Shown here one piece after another: positions 29,731 to 39,754 of a stretch of DNA of 64,000 nt. Below the pieces are notes generated by a model that ran no database searches, had not been told where the DNA came from, and saw only the letters and a list, made by a program, of their open reading frames with translations. The DNA is taken from positions 1 to 64,000 of the IMG/VR virus record IMGVR_UViG_3300032173_000002. One strand, 5' to 3'. Source of the DNA: a virus. The position numbers were made by a program, and so were the translations under genes. Position 1 is the first letter of the stretch. Each line of letters starts with the position of its first letter.

Positions 29731-31290
29731 ATGGCTGGAACAGTTACTGCCAACTTAACTACGATAAGCCTATGTGAAGCCACGACAGGTTGGACTGCTG
29801 TAGGTGGCACTAATGCATTGAATGACCCTACAGTCTTTGATGCAAAGCAGGGCAGTTATTGTTTACAGAATTACAGTGCTTCAGCAGTGAACCGCGGTTC
29901 GGATTATGATTTTGGAGCAAATACTGACCTATCCGATACTGCCCTTTACTTGTGGTTTGCTTTCAGTAAAGTTCCTCATGCTACCAACTATATGAGAATT
30001 AGGGTTACAGATGCAGCTGGAAACTGGGGCGAATGGAATGTTTTTAACAAAGCAATGCTTCCTCATCTATCTTGGATTTGCTGGACAGTTAAAACGACTG
30101 TAGCGTTTGATGCAACTGGCGGAACAAATCCAACTATGACCCAGATAAGGAAGGTCGGTTGGAGAATGGATGCAGTTGTAGCAAAGGTATATATCTATTG
30201 GGATGCGTGGAGATATGGGACTGGTTTGTCAATAAAGGGAGGAACGATTGATTCACCAGCAGTTCTTGAAGACCTTTATACAGCGGACAGTGATTATGGA
30301 GTTATTGAGAAGTATAATGGAGTTTATTTTCTTCAAGGTAAAGTTCTTATTGGCTCGACAGCAGCAGGTGATAGCACATACTTTCAAGATAAAAATCAGA
30401 CTGTTGTCTTTAAGTCTATTAAAGGAAGCCCGACAGGATTTTATGAGATAAAAGGACAGGGGAATTCGACTGGAACGACAAAAATCTTCTTTGGTGAAAA
30501 GGCTGGAGGAGCAGGGATTTCTGGATTATCCATAAGTGCTCCGTCGGCAATGAAGTGGAAGTTGACCGTGTCGGATACCTATATTACGCAGTTTGGTTTC
30601 TATGGATGTAATTTTCAGAATGTGGACACAATTCAAGGCCAAGCTTATTCGACTTCGAAGGAGTTTTTGAATACGAGTTTTACAGCAGGCGCTGAGATGT
30701 TACCTGATACAGGAATTGTAAAGAACTGCAATTTTATTTCGGCTTCTGGTAGAGCAATAAGAATGAGTTCTACGAGCCATCATATTACGGATTGTAATTT
30801 TATTAACTGTGTGTATGGGGTGCATGTGCCTTTTAGTGATTCAGTTACATTTGATGATCTAAAGTTTGCAGGAGGAGATGGTTCGACTAGATGGGATATT
30901 GAGCATTCTGTATCTGGAACTTTGGTAGTAAATTGCACCAATGGGTCTAATCCGCAATATGTGAAAGAAACGGGAGGTGGTAACACTCAGATTAATAATG
31001 CTGTTTATTTGAGCATCTATGTGAAAGATAGAAATAATAATCCAATTCCGTATGCTCAGTGTGCCATTTTTAAGGTTTCTGATGGTGCGCAGTTAATGAA
31101 CGAGGATTCTGATACGAATGGGCTTGCTCAGGAGAGTTTTAATTATCCGGGATCTGATGTTCCGGTTTACTGGAGAGTTAGAAAATCGTCAGGGGGAGCT
31201 ACGAGGTATATTCCAGCTGGAGGAACAGGGACAATAACTTCGTCAGGATTTACAGTCACAGTGACGCTATATGAAGAGTCATTAGTGTGA
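29731..31290 (+). CDS. virion structural protein with right-handed beta-helix-like region
   Basis: YGCNF/KNCNF/TDCNF ladders; C-terminal carboxypeptidase-regulatory-like Ig domain (VKDRNNNPIPYA). Confidence 0.65.
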   Translation: MAGTVTANLTTISLCEATTGWTAVGGTNALNDPTVFDAKQGSYCLQNYSASAVNRGSDYDFGANTDLSDTALYLWFAFSKVPHATNYMRIRVTDAAGNWGEWNVFNKAMLPHLSWICWTVKTTVAFDATGGTNPTMTQIRKVGWRMDAVVAKVYIYWDAWRYGTGLSIKGGTIDSPAVLEDLYTADSDYGVIEKYNGVYFLQGKVLIGSTAAGDSTYFQDKNQTVVFKSIKGSPTGFYEIKGQGNSTGTTKIFFGEKAGGAGISGLSISAPSAMKWKLTVSDTYITQFGFYGCNFQNVDTIQGQAYSTSKEFLNTSFTAGAEMLPDTGIVKNCNFISASGRAIRMSSTSHHITDCNFINCVYGVHVPFSDSVTFDDLKFAGGDGSTRWDIEHSVSGTLVVNCTNGSNPQYVKETGGGNTQINNAVYLSIYVKDRNNNPIPYAQCAIFKVSDGAQLMNEDSDTNGLAQESFNYPGSDVPVYWRVRKSSGGATRYIPAGGTGTITSSGFTVTVTLYEESLV

Positions 31291-31300
31291 TGGATGAGGT

Positions 31301-32014
31301 ATGTCAATTAGATACGATATTATTGTTCATTGGGAAGAGTCACCGAGGATAATAGAAGTGCTAGCTCCCTCTACTCTCTTAATGATCCAAGACCTTGTTG
31401 ATACTTTGAGATTTCTTGAGGCAGATCCCCTGAACTGGAGCTACCCACACCTGGTGGACTCCTATGGTAAGCAATACTTGGCAGAGGGCAAATATGTGGG
31501 GATCACTCTTGCCTTGAGGAATGCGAGATTGAAGTTTGAGAGCAGGCCTGGGCCGGGCTGGGTAAGATGCAAGGTAACCGGAGGGAATTTGGTTGCTTAT
31601 GACGAAAATGAAAATCCGATGGAGCCAATTGAAGTAAGCAACTTTACCCAGCTTACTGTGGAACTGGATGTTTCCCCTGCCTTAATTGTTACGGGTGGAA
31701 GTGCCCTTACCCAGGAAGAACATGACGAGCTGATGAAGGTGTCTTCTGTGAAAGGAAAGACAGACCAATTAGCCTTCACAGAGACGAACAGAGTGGATTC
31801 AACCGCAATGAATCTGGATGAAGAAGCTATCGCCGATAAAGTGAAGGAGGAAATACAACCGGATTTGGATCGCCTGCTGGAGATGTATAGATTACTGGGC
31901 CTTGATCCTTCAATACCTTTGATTGTCTCCCTGACTCAGAGGAAGGCTGGCACAATAGTTCAAAGGATAGAAGAGGAGGAAGCTACCAAGACAGTTACGG
32001 TGACGAGGGAGTAA
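31301..32014 (+). CDS. putative virion protein
   Basis: IQDLVDTLR..E motif shared with the N-terminus of 26784; in structural operon. Confidence 0.55.
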   Translation: MSIRYDIIVHWEESPRIIEVLAPSTLLMIQDLVDTLRFLEADPLNWSYPHLVDSYGKQYLAEGKYVGITLALRNARLKFESRPGPGWVRCKVTGGNLVAYDENENPMEPIEVSNFTQLTVELDVSPALIVTGGSALTQEEHDELMKVSSVKGKTDQLAFTETNRVDSTAMNLDEEAIADKVKEEIQPDLDRLLEMYRLLGLDPSIPLIVSLTQRKAGTIVQRIEEEEATKTVTVTRE

Positions 32015-32017
32015 ACA

Positions 32018-32338
32018 ATGATTGTCCCTCACTCGATTGGAGTGGAAGGGCTTGGCTATGGTCCGAGGGCTGTGGCTACCCAGGGTCTGAGCTTTGTCGT
32101 AGCTGTACTGGTTGAGGTTAAGAGACTCGGCGGAGGGGGCCTTGGAATTCTCCCTGAGTGGGAGAAGGTAGATGTCTTAGTTGTCTCCCCTGTGAATTTT
32201 GCCAGTTTGAGAAAATGGAAAAAGCCCTTCATAAAGTTTGTAGCTTTATCGGATGGTCCAGAAGTCAAGGTGGTCGAGGTAGAGGGACAGCAGTTTCAGT
32301 TGACTGTTGTCAAGGGAGTGCTGATAGAGGGGGATTGA
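32018..32338 (+). CDS. hypothetical (virion) protein
   Basis: 106-aa ORF in operon. Confidence 0.5.
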   Translation: MIVPHSIGVEGLGYGPRAVATQGLSFVVAVLVEVKRLGGGGLGILPEWEKVDVLVVSPVNFASLRKWKKPFIKFVALSDGPEVKVVEVEGQQFQLTVVKGVLIEGD

Positions 32339-32357
32339 TTCGCTGGGGGAGGCTTAG

Positions 32358-32852
32358 ATGATACAGATTGATCCTACAAAGTCCAAGGAGATTCGTTTCA
32401 AGATGGAGATTCAAGGTGCTACCGGGCCTGTGGAGGCAAGACTGGTGATGCCTACCAAGAATAACTATTCCTTGGTCTTTAATAGCTCAGTGGTGAATGG
32501 AGTAGCGAGTGTTCTGGTTCCTCCCCTGGGGGAGATAGGGAGGAATGTAATAGGGGAAGCCCGACTGGAAGTGATTGCGGACAATTATATCCTGGTTCCC
32601 TGGACTGGTAGTTTCCAATTTGTTGAGTCCTTCTCTGTGAAGTCAGTAGTGGTAGAGGGAGAGTCGGGGCCTTCGGAGGCTCCACTCAAGGGAGTCCCCA
32701 AAGTGTCCAGTGCTATCCTGGAGGAAATTGATCTGTCGGTTAAGCCGAGCCCAGCCAAGGCTCCTCCAATGAAGGCGAGCAGGAAAGGAAAGGCTTCTGA
32801 AGTGATTTGTGGAATGGATGAGTTTTTCAGAATACAGAAGGGGGAGGGGTAG
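32358..32852 (+). CDS. hypothetical protein with C-terminal leader-like motif
   Basis: GGAGG RBS; ends KGKASEVICGMDEFF. Confidence 0.6.
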   Translation: MIQIDPTKSKEIRFKMEIQGATGPVEARLVMPTKNNYSLVFNSSVVNGVASVLVPPLGEIGRNVIGEARLEVIADNYILVPWTGSFQFVESFSVKSVVVEGESGPSEAPLKGVPKVSSAILEEIDLSVKPSPAKAPPMKASRKGKASEVICGMDEFFRIQKGEG

Positions 32853-32931
32853 GAAAATTAGGGGTAAGAAAAGAAAATAGGTTTTAGGGGGTGTTTCTAT
32901 TGAAATTCAGGGTGTTTTTAAGGAGGTTTTA
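32851..32931 (+). repeat. ~80-bp dispersed repeat, copy A
   Basis: Reverse complement of 63505-63586 with 4 substitutions and 1 indel. Confidence 0.9.
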
Positions 32932-32944
32932 GGGAGAGGAGAGG

Positions 32945-33370
32945 ATGATCTGGAAGTTGACTCCTGAATGCTGGTGGGCGGATCAATTTACTGGTAATGA
33001 CCAACTGGATGGAGCTAAGGCCATTATAGCAGTGGCGGATAATCTGGATATTGATCCCAATCGTTATGATGTTCCTTTTTTTCGTTTTCCTATTGAGGAT
33101 GACTCTCATATTGATCCAAGGATGATCTCTCTGGTGTTTACTGCTATGCGGTCTTGTGTAGAGTGTTTTTGTGCTCCTTTTCTCCTGATGTGCAGGGCAG
33201 GACAGTCCAGGTCCCCCTCATTTGCTGCATTATGGCTGTCCTGGAGTAAGGGTTGTTCCTATCAAGAAGCTATGAAGCGAATACGAGAACTGCGGACTGA
33301 AACTTTTCCCCATGAGAAGACTTGGCGACAGCTTGAACAATGGAGCATAGAACATGTTGGGCAATACTGA
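32945..33370 (+). CDS. dual-specificity (Cys-based) phosphatase
   Basis: PIEDD acid loop; CRAGQSRS = CX5R. Confidence 0.85.
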   Translation: MIWKLTPECWWADQFTGNDQLDGAKAIIAVADNLDIDPNRYDVPFFRFPIEDDSHIDPRMISLVFTAMRSCVECFCAPFLLMCRAGQSRSPSFAALWLSWSKGCSYQEAMKRIRELRTETFPHEKTWRQLEQWSIEHVGQY

Positions 33371-34037
33371 GGAGATTTGTAGAGCAGCTATAGAGAGGAT
33401 CCCCAGGAGAGTACTTGATTTAGGTGGTTCAGTAAACACCTTTTCTCTGGCTACTGTAGTTGTAGATCCTTATCCAGAAGACGAGTATGCAGTTCAGAGA
33501 GGGAATGTTCCTTTCTCTGTCCCGGAAGGGGTTCAGTTTGTAAAGGCGTTTGGGGAGGATCTGCCTTTCCCGGATGACAGTTTCGATTTTGTGGTCTGCT
33601 CGGAAACTCTGAATCATTGTAAGGACCCTGTGAAAGTGATTGAGGAGATGAAGCGGGTATCTCCAAGAGGGTATATTGATGTCCCCTCTGCAATCCATGA
33701 AGTATTTGAGCCTCATGCTGAGCATTTGTGGAGATGCTTTCGTTTAGAAGATGGGACCTTAGCATTTCATGAACGCAGACCGAATGATGTGATTACCATG
33801 GTGGAGCGACTTATAGGGGCCTTTACCTGGAAAGCTGGTGGGGAGTTACAGAAGGAATACAGAGAGCGGGAGCAAGCCTGTGTGGACCATTTCTACATCC
33901 AGTTTCTGTGGGATCGTGAGAATTTGTTTGCTCGGTATCTTACAGATGAGGAGGTATTGTCTCAGGAGCTAAGAAGGGCAATTGCCGAGGAGGACTGGGT
34001 TCCCGAAGAGATAAGGAGGCTTTTGCTTTTGATATGA
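33354..34037 (+). CDS. class I SAM-dependent methyltransferase
   Basis: VLDLGG, EDLPFPDDSFDFVVCSETLNH, EMKRV. Confidence 0.85.
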   Translation: MLGNTEEICRAAIERIPRRVLDLGGSVNTFSLATVVVDPYPEDEYAVQRGNVPFSVPEGVQFVKAFGEDLPFPDDSFDFVVCSETLNHCKDPVKVIEEMKRVSPRGYIDVPSAIHEVFEPHAEHLWRCFRLEDGTLAFHERRPNDVITMVERLIGAFTWKAGGELQKEYREREQACVDHFYIQFLWDRENLFARYLTDEEVLSQELRRAIAEEDWVPEEIRRLLLLI

Positions 34038-34087
34038 GTAGAACACAGGAGATTCTGAACGAGTTTGAATAGGACTGAAAAGAGACC

Positions 34088-34999
34088 ATGGAAAAGTGGG
34101 GCATCGTCCTTTGTACTTATGGAAATAGTGAGCAGCGACTCACAAAGCTGTTAGAGTCTCTGCACCAGCAGGGGGAAGGCGGAATTCCTTTTGACCTTTG
34201 GATTAGAGGGTCAGTTCTCACTTACCAGCAAGAGCTTGCCCATCGGGAGATTGCTGAGCGATATGGGGCTGAATATATGGAGTCTGCTCGGTGGCGAGTT
34301 TATGAGCCAGCCAGGGCAATCCGAATCGTCCAGAATCCTTACATTGCTATCTTGAAAGATGATATTGTGATGGGGAAGCATTGGCTGGAAGCAATGGACT
34401 TTTTCTGGGAAAATAATGAGAGGGTTGGTTCTGTGGGCTGGGGGTACATCCAAGCGGAGGAGTTGGTAGCAGCGGGGATTTGGGAAGAGGAAGACGATTT
34501 CTGGACTAAACCGATTCCTTCCCTTTCTCGCAAGGAGATCCTTGAACTGATTCCGATAGAGAAGAGGAGTGTGGATTACCGAGCACCAGTGGATACTCCT
34601 ACTTTGACTGATGCTCCCTGCCCTATGGCTTGGACTCTGAGAAGAGAGGATTTTGTAAGGCTCAATGGATTTGTAATGGTGGGGCCTGGGGATAACTCTT
34701 GTATGTATGCTGATCTCTGCTGGGATCATGGACTGATCTGTGTGAACATTCCTTTTCCTCCTTTGTTTCATCGGCGGGAGACTTCCACCAGAGAGTATTG
34801 TAGAGACCGAAACATTCCGAATCTTGGACATGATCCTGGGATCTGGAGAAAGCCTCATTTGGAAGAAGAGTACTGCAAAAGATGGGAGGTTCCCAGCTTT
34901 TGGTGGAGGAGGAATTATACGACAGATACATATATCAAACCCTTGCTGGAGAGCAGATTCCTTTCAACCTTGAGATACTGGAGTCCCAAAAATGAGTAG
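34088..34999 (+). CDS. GT2/GT-A glycosyltransferase
   Basis: IVLCTY, YIAILKDDI (DxD-like), LRREDF..LNGF. Confidence 0.7.
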   Translation: MEKWGIVLCTYGNSEQRLTKLLESLHQQGEGGIPFDLWIRGSVLTYQQELAHREIAERYGAEYMESARWRVYEPARAIRIVQNPYIAILKDDIVMGKHWLEAMDFFWENNERVGSVGWGYIQAEELVAAGIWEEEDDFWTKPIPSLSRKEILELIPIEKRSVDYRAPVDTPTLTDAPCPMAWTLRREDFVRLNGFVMVGPGDNSCMYADLCWDHGLICVNIPFPPLFHRRETSTREYCRDRNIPNLGHDPGIWRKPHLEEEYCKRWEVPSFWWRRNYTTDTYIKPLLESRFLSTLRYWSPKNE

Positions 35000-35022
35000 A
35001 GCAGAACAGCTGATTAGAATGT

Positions 35023-35958
35023 GTGAAACGGATGGAGTCCCTGATACCTCTTGGAGTGGGAAGTAATTTGAGTTCAATCATTTTGAAACATGATTGCGCT
35101 GGTTTTGGAGAAGTGATAGCGATGGAGCCCACCATTCGCTATTGGAGAGAGAAGGGGTGCAATGTGTTTCTTGAAGCAAGAAACCCAAATCTGTCTCTAT
35201 TAGCTTCTCTGCTCGGCGCAGGATATATCCAAACAGGAAAAGTTAGACCCAGTAACTCTATCCTTTTCCACCTGGAAGGTAGGGTCTGTTTATTCGAAAC
35301 ATTGCTCACTCTGGGTAACCGAGCAAAAGGACATCTCCTCTCCTGTGGACCGCCTCCTAGCTTCTTACAAAATGGTTACTGTAAGCCCCGGATGAGAGCA
35401 GGAGCAACTCTTCCTCCTGTTTCAGATGAAGTGAAGGGGGAAGTGAGGGATCGTATTTTTGTTCAGCTGTATGCTGGAGAGACTTACAAAGCACCCCCTG
35501 TTTCCTGGTATGTAGAATTTTTGAATAGCTTGAGTCAATACGGATGGAAGGGTTTTACTGTCCTGGGGGACTCCAGATTTGTTTTGAACTTCCCTGTGCC
35601 CAGTGATTTTCTTGTGTTGAGAGAAAGTAACATCCTGAAGTCTCTCTCCATTTTCAGGGAAGCTTATGCAGCAGTTGTTCTGGATTCTTTGTGGCTTCAA
35701 GCAGCAGGAATGTTAGATAAACCTGCTTTGGCTCTCTGTGGTCCTTATACTTCTCCTGGAAGAGTGGAAGATTTCAAGCAAGTGGTTCTATTTCCCAACT
35801 ATTGTCCACATGCTCCTTGCTGGAGGACTTCGACCAAGGCGTGCCTGATAAGCGGGGGAGCTTGCAAATGCCTGGAACCACCGATGGGTATGTTCATTCC
35901 GTTCTTCATCGACTTTATGAAAGGAGTGACCACTGGTGCTCTCGGAAAGAGATCGTGA
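35023..35958 (+). CDS. GT9-like glycosyltransferase
   Basis: AGFGEVIAMEP, VVLDSLWLQAAG, ALCGP, CPHAPCW. Confidence 0.7.
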   Translation: MKRMESLIPLGVGSNLSSIILKHDCAGFGEVIAMEPTIRYWREKGCNVFLEARNPNLSLLASLLGAGYIQTGKVRPSNSILFHLEGRVCLFETLLTLGNRAKGHLLSCGPPPSFLQNGYCKPRMRAGATLPPVSDEVKGEVRDRIFVQLYAGETYKAPPVSWYVEFLNSLSQYGWKGFTVLGDSRFVLNFPVPSDFLVLRESNILKSLSIFREAYAAVVLDSLWLQAAGMLDKPALALCGPYTSPGRVEDFKQVVLFPNYCPHAPCWRTSTKACLISGGACKCLEPPMGMFIPFFIDFMKGVTTGALGKRS

Positions 35959-36586
35959 ACGAGTGAAAGCTTCCCTTTCTAGCTGGTTTCAATCCTCCCG
36001 GTTTAGGACCGAAGAGAAGGGATGTCTTAGTGACGATTCCTACGAAGAGGAGGATCAGAAAGAGCGAATAAGCTGGTTGCTATCTCGCTGTTATGGAAGA
36101 GTATTAGATATTGGCTGTGGAGTCGGGCATCTGCTCTCTTTCTATCCGGAGCCTGCTGTTGGAATAGATAATCGGATCTATTATATTGCTACTGCTCAAC
36201 TTCAGGATCAGAATCCTCATCACCATTACTACTGCGTAGATGTGGCAGTGGGGCTTCCTTTTAGGAAAGCTGAGTTTGACACAGTAGTTCTAGCTGAGAT
36301 TCTTGAGCATTTGTCTTTCTCCAATGCAATATTTGTATTGAGAGAGGCCATTCGCTGTGGCGAGATTGTGCTGTTGACTCTTCCTTACATGCGGGAGAAC
36401 GGTTACCATATCCCAGATGTGGAGAGTGGGGAGCATAAGTGGAGTCCCAGCAAGCCAATGATCGAGTGGCTGATTAGAGACGCAGGGGGACAGGTCGTAA
36501 ATTCGGAGGAGATTTCCAATGGCAGATTTTTAGGCCTGGAGGTTGTGGGAGCGGATGAAAAAGACCACTCTAATTCGATTGCCTAA
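35936..36586 (+). CDS. class I SAM-dependent methyltransferase
   Basis: VLDIGCGVG, LPF...FDTVVLAEILEHL. Confidence 0.85.
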   Translation: MLSERDRERVKASLSSWFQSSRFRTEEKGCLSDDSYEEEDQKERISWLLSRCYGRVLDIGCGVGHLLSFYPEPAVGIDNRIYYIATAQLQDQNPHHHYYCVDVAVGLPFRKAEFDTVVLAEILEHLSFSNAIFVLREAIRCGEIVLLTLPYMRENGYHIPDVESGEHKWSPSKPMIEWLIRDAGGQVVNSEEISNGRFLGLEVVGADEKDHSNSIA

Positions 36587-37865
36587 CTTTCACCTCCATA
36601 ACGAGAGGCAGCAGCCTCCATTAGGTCTTCTTTATCTTGCTGCCTATCTTCGGGAGAGAGATCTTCCTGTTGATGTGGTGGATTTAGCGGGGATTCCTCC
36701 AGAGGACTGGGACTCGATGGTCCCCGATAATAGTCTTGTCTATGGTATCACAGCAACTTCTCCAGACTATGGAATGGCTAGAAAGATGTTAGGTTTTCTT
36801 CGTGGTAGAAATGGTCATCAGGCCAAGGTGATCATCGGCGGGGTTCATTCTACAGTAATGCCTATTCAGTGCGTGGAAGATGGATTTGATGCAGCGGTGG
36901 TGGGAGAGGGAGAGCAAACCCTCCTGGAAATTGTAACTGGCACTCCTTTGTCAGAAGTGGAAGGACTGGCTTATCGGGAGAATGGAAAGATAGTGGTGAA
37001 TCCTCGCCGTCCTATGCTACCCACAATTGACCATTTTCCATTTCCTTCCAGAGACTTCTTGCCCAGGGAAAATGTAGTCTCAACGGACTTGGTTACGGAC
37101 TCCTTACCAGCTACAGTAATCACTACTTCAAGGGGATGTCCTTTCCGGTGCTCCTTCTGTGTCCAGCAAATTTGGATGAATCGTTGGAGGCACCGAACCG
37201 CACAGAGTATAAGGGCAGAACTGGAATTGATTAAAAGAGATTACCCGGAGGTAAGGGAGATACGATTTGTAGATGATATGGTGGGACTGAATGGAAAGCA
37301 TAGTAGAGAGATTTGCGAAGCATTTAAGGGAATGGGTTTGTCCTGGCGTTGCCATCTACGGGTAGGGGTGGCGACAGAGAGCCTTCTGGAGAGCTTCAAG
37401 GAGGTAGGGTGTGTAGAGATTAGTATCGGAGTGGAGTCGGGCGATGAAAGGATTTTGAAGCATAATCACAAGGGATGGTCGAATATCCCTCAAGCTGCTG
37501 CCTTGTTCAGGACTGCCAAAAAGCTCGGATTGAGAACAAGAGCTTATTTCATTATTGGCCTCCCTGGCGAGGCCCCAGAAAGTGTGGAAAGGACTTGCCA
37601 GACTATTAAGGAGATAGAAGCGGATGCGGTAAATATATTCTCCTTTGTCCCTTACCCAGGATGTGATGTTTGGGAGCATCCGGAGAAGTATGATTATCAG
37701 CTTCTGGATACGAATTTAGATAGTTTTTGGATGGTTGGGAAGGGACATCGGTTTGTTGGAAGGACCAGCGCAATGGATGTAGATCAGCTAGAGGAGGCTT
37801 ATCAGAAGGCTTGGAATGTAGCAAGGGAATCTGGTAAGGCAAACTGGATGAAAGGATGGGAGTGA
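36555..37865 (+). CDS. B12-binding radical SAM enzyme (class B methyltransferase-like)
   Basis: PPLGLLYLAA, IIGGVH, GEGE, TSRGCPFRCSFC (CxxxCxxC), GVESG, IIGLPGE. Confidence 0.92.
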   Translation: MKKTTLIRLPNFHLHNERQQPPLGLLYLAAYLRERDLPVDVVDLAGIPPEDWDSMVPDNSLVYGITATSPDYGMARKMLGFLRGRNGHQAKVIIGGVHSTVMPIQCVEDGFDAAVVGEGEQTLLEIVTGTPLSEVEGLAYRENGKIVVNPRRPMLPTIDHFPFPSRDFLPRENVVSTDLVTDSLPATVITTSRGCPFRCSFCVQQIWMNRWRHRTAQSIRAELELIKRDYPEVREIRFVDDMVGLNGKHSREICEAFKGMGLSWRCHLRVGVATESLLESFKEVGCVEISIGVESGDERILKHNHKGWSNIPQAAALFRTAKKLGLRTRAYFIIGLPGEAPESVERTCQTIKEIEADAVNIFSFVPYPGCDVWEHPEKYDYQLLDTNLDSFWMVGKGHRFVGRTSAMDVDQLEEAYQKAWNVARESGKANWMKGWE

Positions 37866-37866
37866 G

Positions 37867-38262
37867 TTGGCACTTGCTGAGGAGTTGGATCAGGCACTGA
37901 TTCGTTATCTGAAGGCAGTTAGGCTGGAGGGACTTGCTGAGGGAGAAGCATGGAGAACATATGTTTCTCCTGTTTCTGAGCGATGTAAGGAAGTCCTTGG
38001 CTCTGTAAAACCGTCTGAGCTCAGTCATATTGTGGACCTTCTACTGGCCATCCACAAAGCGATTTGGGATAGGGATACTCATGTTCGCAATTTCTCCGGC
38101 CCGTTTCTTGGAGACGATGGGAAAATGACCCTAATTGGATTGTTAGCGATTGATGCCCGTGATTTCAACCATCTGAGAGTAAGAACTGTGAATCTTTTGA
38201 AGGCAATTCTTGGGGAAGATGATGGCGAGCCTAACTTGAAGGATGGTAGGCTAACTCGATGA
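37867..38262 (+). CDS. hypothetical protein (helical; often beside phage GT clusters)
   Basis: LLAIHKAIWD...RDFNHLR. Confidence 0.55.
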   Translation: MALAEELDQALIRYLKAVRLEGLAEGEAWRTYVSPVSERCKEVLGSVKPSELSHIVDLLLAIHKAIWDRDTHVRNFSGPFLGDDGKMTLIGLLAIDARDFNHLRVRTVNLLKAILGEDDGEPNLKDGRLTR

Positions 38263-38302
38263 GCTAATAGGATGAACAGATAAGAGAAAGGAATTCAAGA
38301 TA

Positions 38303-39226
38303 GTGGAACCCATTACTATTGGGGTCAATACTAGGAATCGTCCTGAAGCCCTTGCTGTTCAAATCCACTCCATCATTCACCAGACTTACCCTTTCTGGTC
38401 TTTGATAATCATGGATTGTAGCGACATCCCTGTGATTCAGTTGGAGCCGATTCAGAAGCTTCTGGAGCTTGCCAAGAAGCTAGGGCATTCTGTTCAGGTT
38501 ATCAGGCATAAATCTACTTTTGGTATTCCCCAGACCTACCAGAAGCTAATGGAAATATCGAACACCGAGCTGAATGTAAGGGAGGAAGATGATGCTCCAT
38601 GGCATCCAGAGCTTCTCATTAGGCTTTACGAGGAGATGGTTAAGAATCCTAACTTGGGAGCGGCAGGACCTACCTGTCCTAACTGGAATGATGCTGGGGC
38701 AGTGCATAATACTTGGCCGGGAACTAATTACTTCTACATAACTGATAATCATGCTTGGCGACAGCAGTTGGGTCCGGTTTTGATAGCGGATGATGTTCAG
38801 CGCAGACCATGGCCGTCCGTGGAGCCTATTCCTGTGTGCGTGATGCATGGTGGGTTTATGTATCGTAAGAGTTTGATGGTAAAAGCTGGTGGATTCTGCA
38901 CGAATCTTTCTACCCAGGGACACAGGGAAGAGACCTGGGCTTCCTTGCGGTTGTTTCTTTCGGGTGCGGATATTCTATTTGTTCCCAGAGCCATTCGATG
39001 GCATCTGGAACTTCAATCTGGAGGTAGCAGGGACAGATCAGTTGACAATGATCGGATGGCCCTAAAAATGAGAGATGAAAGACTTTTCCAAGACTGGATG
39101 AGGGGTGTGTTAGGGTCGGGCAATTCCCGCATATCGGAGATACCTATCTTCGCTGACGAAAGTTTACGGGAGAGGATTAGTGCCCAGCAGGCATTAGAAC
39201 TATTAACCGAATGTAAAGTGGGGTAG
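38303..39226 (+). CDS. GT2 glycosyltransferase
   Basis: IGVNTRNRPE, IIMD, REEDD, GHREET. Confidence 0.8.
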   Translation: MEPITIGVNTRNRPEALAVQIHSIIHQTYPFWSLIIMDCSDIPVIQLEPIQKLLELAKKLGHSVQVIRHKSTFGIPQTYQKLMEISNTELNVREEDDAPWHPELLIRLYEEMVKNPNLGAAGPTCPNWNDAGAVHNTWPGTNYFYITDNHAWRQQLGPVLIADDVQRRPWPSVEPIPVCVMHGGFMYRKSLMVKAGGFCTNLSTQGHREETWASLRLFLSGADILFVPRAIRWHLELQSGGSRDRSVDNDRMALKMRDERLFQDWMRGVLGSGNSRISEIPIFADESLRERISAQQALELLTECKVG

Positions 39227-39234
39227 GGAGCAAA

Positions 39235-39678
39235 ATGAGCAGAGCAGGAAGAATCATTGAACTGCTAGAGGAAGTAGATATGGGTGCTCAATGTACTTGT
39301 GATGATCCACTTCCGATGAAGTATGGACAATGGGACCCACCTGTTTATGTCTGTGCCAAATGCGGTAAGAATTTCATGAAACGAGTAGAGTCTGGTGAAG
39401 TGGTAGTAGGGGAATCAAAGGCGAAAAGTCTTGGGCTTGTAGAACAGGGAGAAGGGAAGACTTATATAGCGGTTGGCCCCCTGTGCTGGGGCAAAGCATC
39501 CAGCAGGGAAGACGCTATTAAAAGCTGTAAGGGATTCTGGCCTTCGTATATTAAGTTTTCTCCTGAGAAGGTAAGTATTTATGTAACAGATGATCCAAAT
39601 GCGTGGGTTGATGAGTACGGCATGATCCATTATAGAGGAAGTCTTGAGCAGATTCAGAAAGCAGGACCTGTGAGATGA
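39235..39678 (+). CDS. leader-bearing protein with CxC...CxxC
   Basis: MSRAGRIIELLEE. Confidence 0.7.
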   Translation: MSRAGRIIELLEEVDMGAQCTCDDPLPMKYGQWDPPVYVCAKCGKNFMKRVESGEVVVGESKAKSLGLVEQGEGKTYIAVGPLCWGKASSREDAIKSCKGFWPSYIKFSPEKVSIYVTDDPNAWVDEYGMIHYRGSLEQIQKAGPVR

Positions 39679-39754
39679 ATAGCAATGCAAGAAAGGTCAT
39701 CGAGTTGTGAGGGCGGTTCGAGATTGATATTGATCGGAATTTGAGGGATATAAG